Below, piece after piece: positions 62,000-64,000 of a stretch of 64,000 nucleotides of DNA. Below the pieces are notes generated by a model. It was given only the letters and a program-made list of their open reading frames with translations, was not told the origin of the DNA and ran no database searches. Numbering within the stretch: the first letter of the stretch is position 1; each line of letters begins with the position of its first letter. The stretch comes from Felis catus (taxonomy: Eukaryota): NCBI RefSeq assembly GCF_018350175.1, contig NC_058368.1, positions 20,772,001 through 20,836,000 on the forward strand, in the 5' to 3' direction. The position numbers and the translations under genes are program-made.

Positions 62000-62900
62000 T
62001 TCATTCACCTATTCAATTACTTACTGGGTTCTTACTTGGTGCTAGACAGCACTCCAGACAAAATGTAACCTCCCTACCCTGAGGAAGCTTACATTCCATT
62101 AGGGAATGAAAATAAAACAATATGTATGTAATATAGTAGATAACCACAAATGCTAATAGAAAAACAAAGCAAAAAAGAATTATATAAAGGTTGAAGGGGG
62201 CCTAGAAAGGAATTTCCATTTTAGACAGGATGGCCAGGAAGGGTTTCATTGAAAAAGTGGCATTTAAATATAGACCAAAAGGAGATGAGGGAGCCAGCCT
62301 TGCAGATGTCTGAGGGAAGAGCATTCTAAGAATTATAACAGCAAGTGCAAAGGCCCTGAGGCAATAGAGTACCTGGTATGTTTAAGGAACAATGACAAGG
62401 TCAGGAAAAAGTAAAAAGAAGATTGTGATGAGATAGAGAAAATGGGGAGCCACAATATGTAGGAGCTTATAGACCATAAGGACTTTGGCTTCTATTCCAG
62501 GTAAAGTGGAAAGCCACTGGTGAGTTGGAACAGAGGAACAACATGGTCTGACATACTTTAAGAGGATTCTTCTGGACGCCATATTGAGATGGGTGCAGAA
62601 GCAAGAAGGCTTCTGAAATGATCTGTGGAGAAATGATGGCAGCTTGGACTGGAGTGGTCACAATGATGTGTGAAGAGCAGGGGGTTCTTGGATAATAGGA
62701 CGGTGAAGCCCACAGGATTTGCTGATGGAGCTGATTGTGGAGGGTGGAGGGTGGAGGGTGGAGGGTGGAGGGTGGAGGGTGGAGGGAGAGGAGTCAAGAA
62801 ACACTCCAGAGGCTCAGACCAGAGCAAATCTGGAATTGCCATCCCATGGGTTCCATTGTGGACACTCTGGTGAACTGGAGGATATGCCCTGACCTCCCTG
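62000..62900 (-). mobile_element. LINE-2 3' fossil
   Basis: GGGAAGAGCATTCTAAG...CAGCAAGTGCAAAGGCCCTGAGG...GTGAAGCCCACAGGATTTGCTGATGGA. Confidence 0.8.
62737..62785. repeat. (GTGGAGG)7 heptamer tandem repeat
   Basis: Seven perfect copies counted. Confidence 0.95.
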
Positions 62901-63501
62901 GACCTCAGTTTCTTTTCTGCTTCCTTCCCAGTGAAATCCCCATTGCACATTCCCTTTTCTACTTCTGGTTGGTGATGCTGGGGCTTCTGAAGGTGCTGAA
63001 AGCCAGACTTTGTTCTTCCTGTATGTGCTACTTAATAAGGCAAGAAAGTGAGCCAAGTGAACATTTTAGCAATGTTTTCAATTAAAAGAGTGGAAAAGCT
63101 TCTGTTTGTTCAAGATTTCACAATGAGGTCATGTTTCATAAAATTTTACAAATCAATGCAAGGACTCCTTGTTTTTTTTTCCTGGGAGAGAACACATCTC
63201 TGAGGAGTAGCATTGATGCTGAACTCCTCTCCCCAGAACTGCCTTTCAGTTATTAAGCACCCTTCACCTAACATTATGTGATCCCAAACTAAAATCTCAT
63301 GAATTCTAATTTATGGTTGAGGAAACTGAGGCTCAGAGAGCTCAGATCCCTTGAAGTTCATCCAGTTAGATATCAACAGAGTTTTAATTCTAATATTTGA
63401 ACTCGCAATTTGATTTCATGTCCTATTATAGGTGTCCCATATCCCCAAGTGCCTGGAGTTAGACTGGATTTGTGCAGTAGCAATAAAACTTTTAAGAAGG
63501 A

Positions 63502-63611
63502 GGTCTCCTGAGTGTTTCAGTCAGTTGAGCGTCTGACTCTTAATTTCAGCTCAGGTCATGATTGAGCCCCGCATCATGCTCCATGTGGAACATGAAGCCT
63601 GATTAAGATTC

Positions 63612-63656
<45 letters not shown>

Positions 63657-63721
63657 CCCCTCTCTGCTCCTCCACATGCACATGTACTCTCTCTCTCAAA
63701 TAAATAATAATAAAATAACAG
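63502..63721 (+). mobile_element. Can-SINE, diverged
   Basis: CAGTCAGTTGAGCGTCTGACTCTT...CT tract, A tail; TSD CTTTTAAGAAGGA at 63489-63501 and 63722-63734. Confidence 0.9.
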
Positions 63722-64000
63722 CTTTTAAGAAGGAACTTTATACAACTCCTCGTGCATGGGGTTTCATTGCTTATGTCAGCTGTACCCCAAGCTTCAGTTT
63801 CCCAGTGACTCACTGGTTTCAAAGGAATGTGGATTCATTTGAGTAAATAGATTAAAAACATGACCCAAAAGATCTTCATGCTCTATCTTAGGGTCACCAA
63901 ACTCTTGGTGAAGAATAACATGAAGCCCTCCTCTCATCTACTAAGTCTCTCTTCCTTCTCTGTGAGACCAAAGTGGAATGAACCCTCCCTACTTGCCCAA

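Noticed and set aside
1..64000. CRISPR array or prokaryotic-type system
   Set aside because: The DNA is mammalian, and there is no repeat-spacer array or operon-like ORF cluster.

Overview
Mammalian DNA from a cat-family (Felidae) genome, judged from the feline-type Can-SINEs and a carnivore L1. I see no host protein-coding exon. The window is repeat-rich intronic or intergenic sequence. It holds one near full-length but disrupted LINE-1 (about 16686-22597, +) with 17-bp target-site duplications (TSDs), nested inside an MLT1D-type MaLR LTR. It also holds 17 Can-SINEs of different ages, older L1M, L2, MIR, MLT1/LTR16 and hAT (MER) fossils, and several microsatellites. The most notable observations are: a tailless 35-nt U2 snRNA retrocopy with perfect 16-bp TSDs; a 213-bp non-tandem local duplication that appears to interrupt a MER5 fossil; three small templated-insertion scars; a CRE/ETS/YY1 promoter-like module in front of a 101-codon ORF; a STAT/NF-kB/RUNX/CTCF motif cluster; and minus-strand AG|GT recursive-splice-like sites. 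Old-repeat subfamily names come from remembered consensus sequences and their boundaries are approximate. I found no convincing novel gene system.
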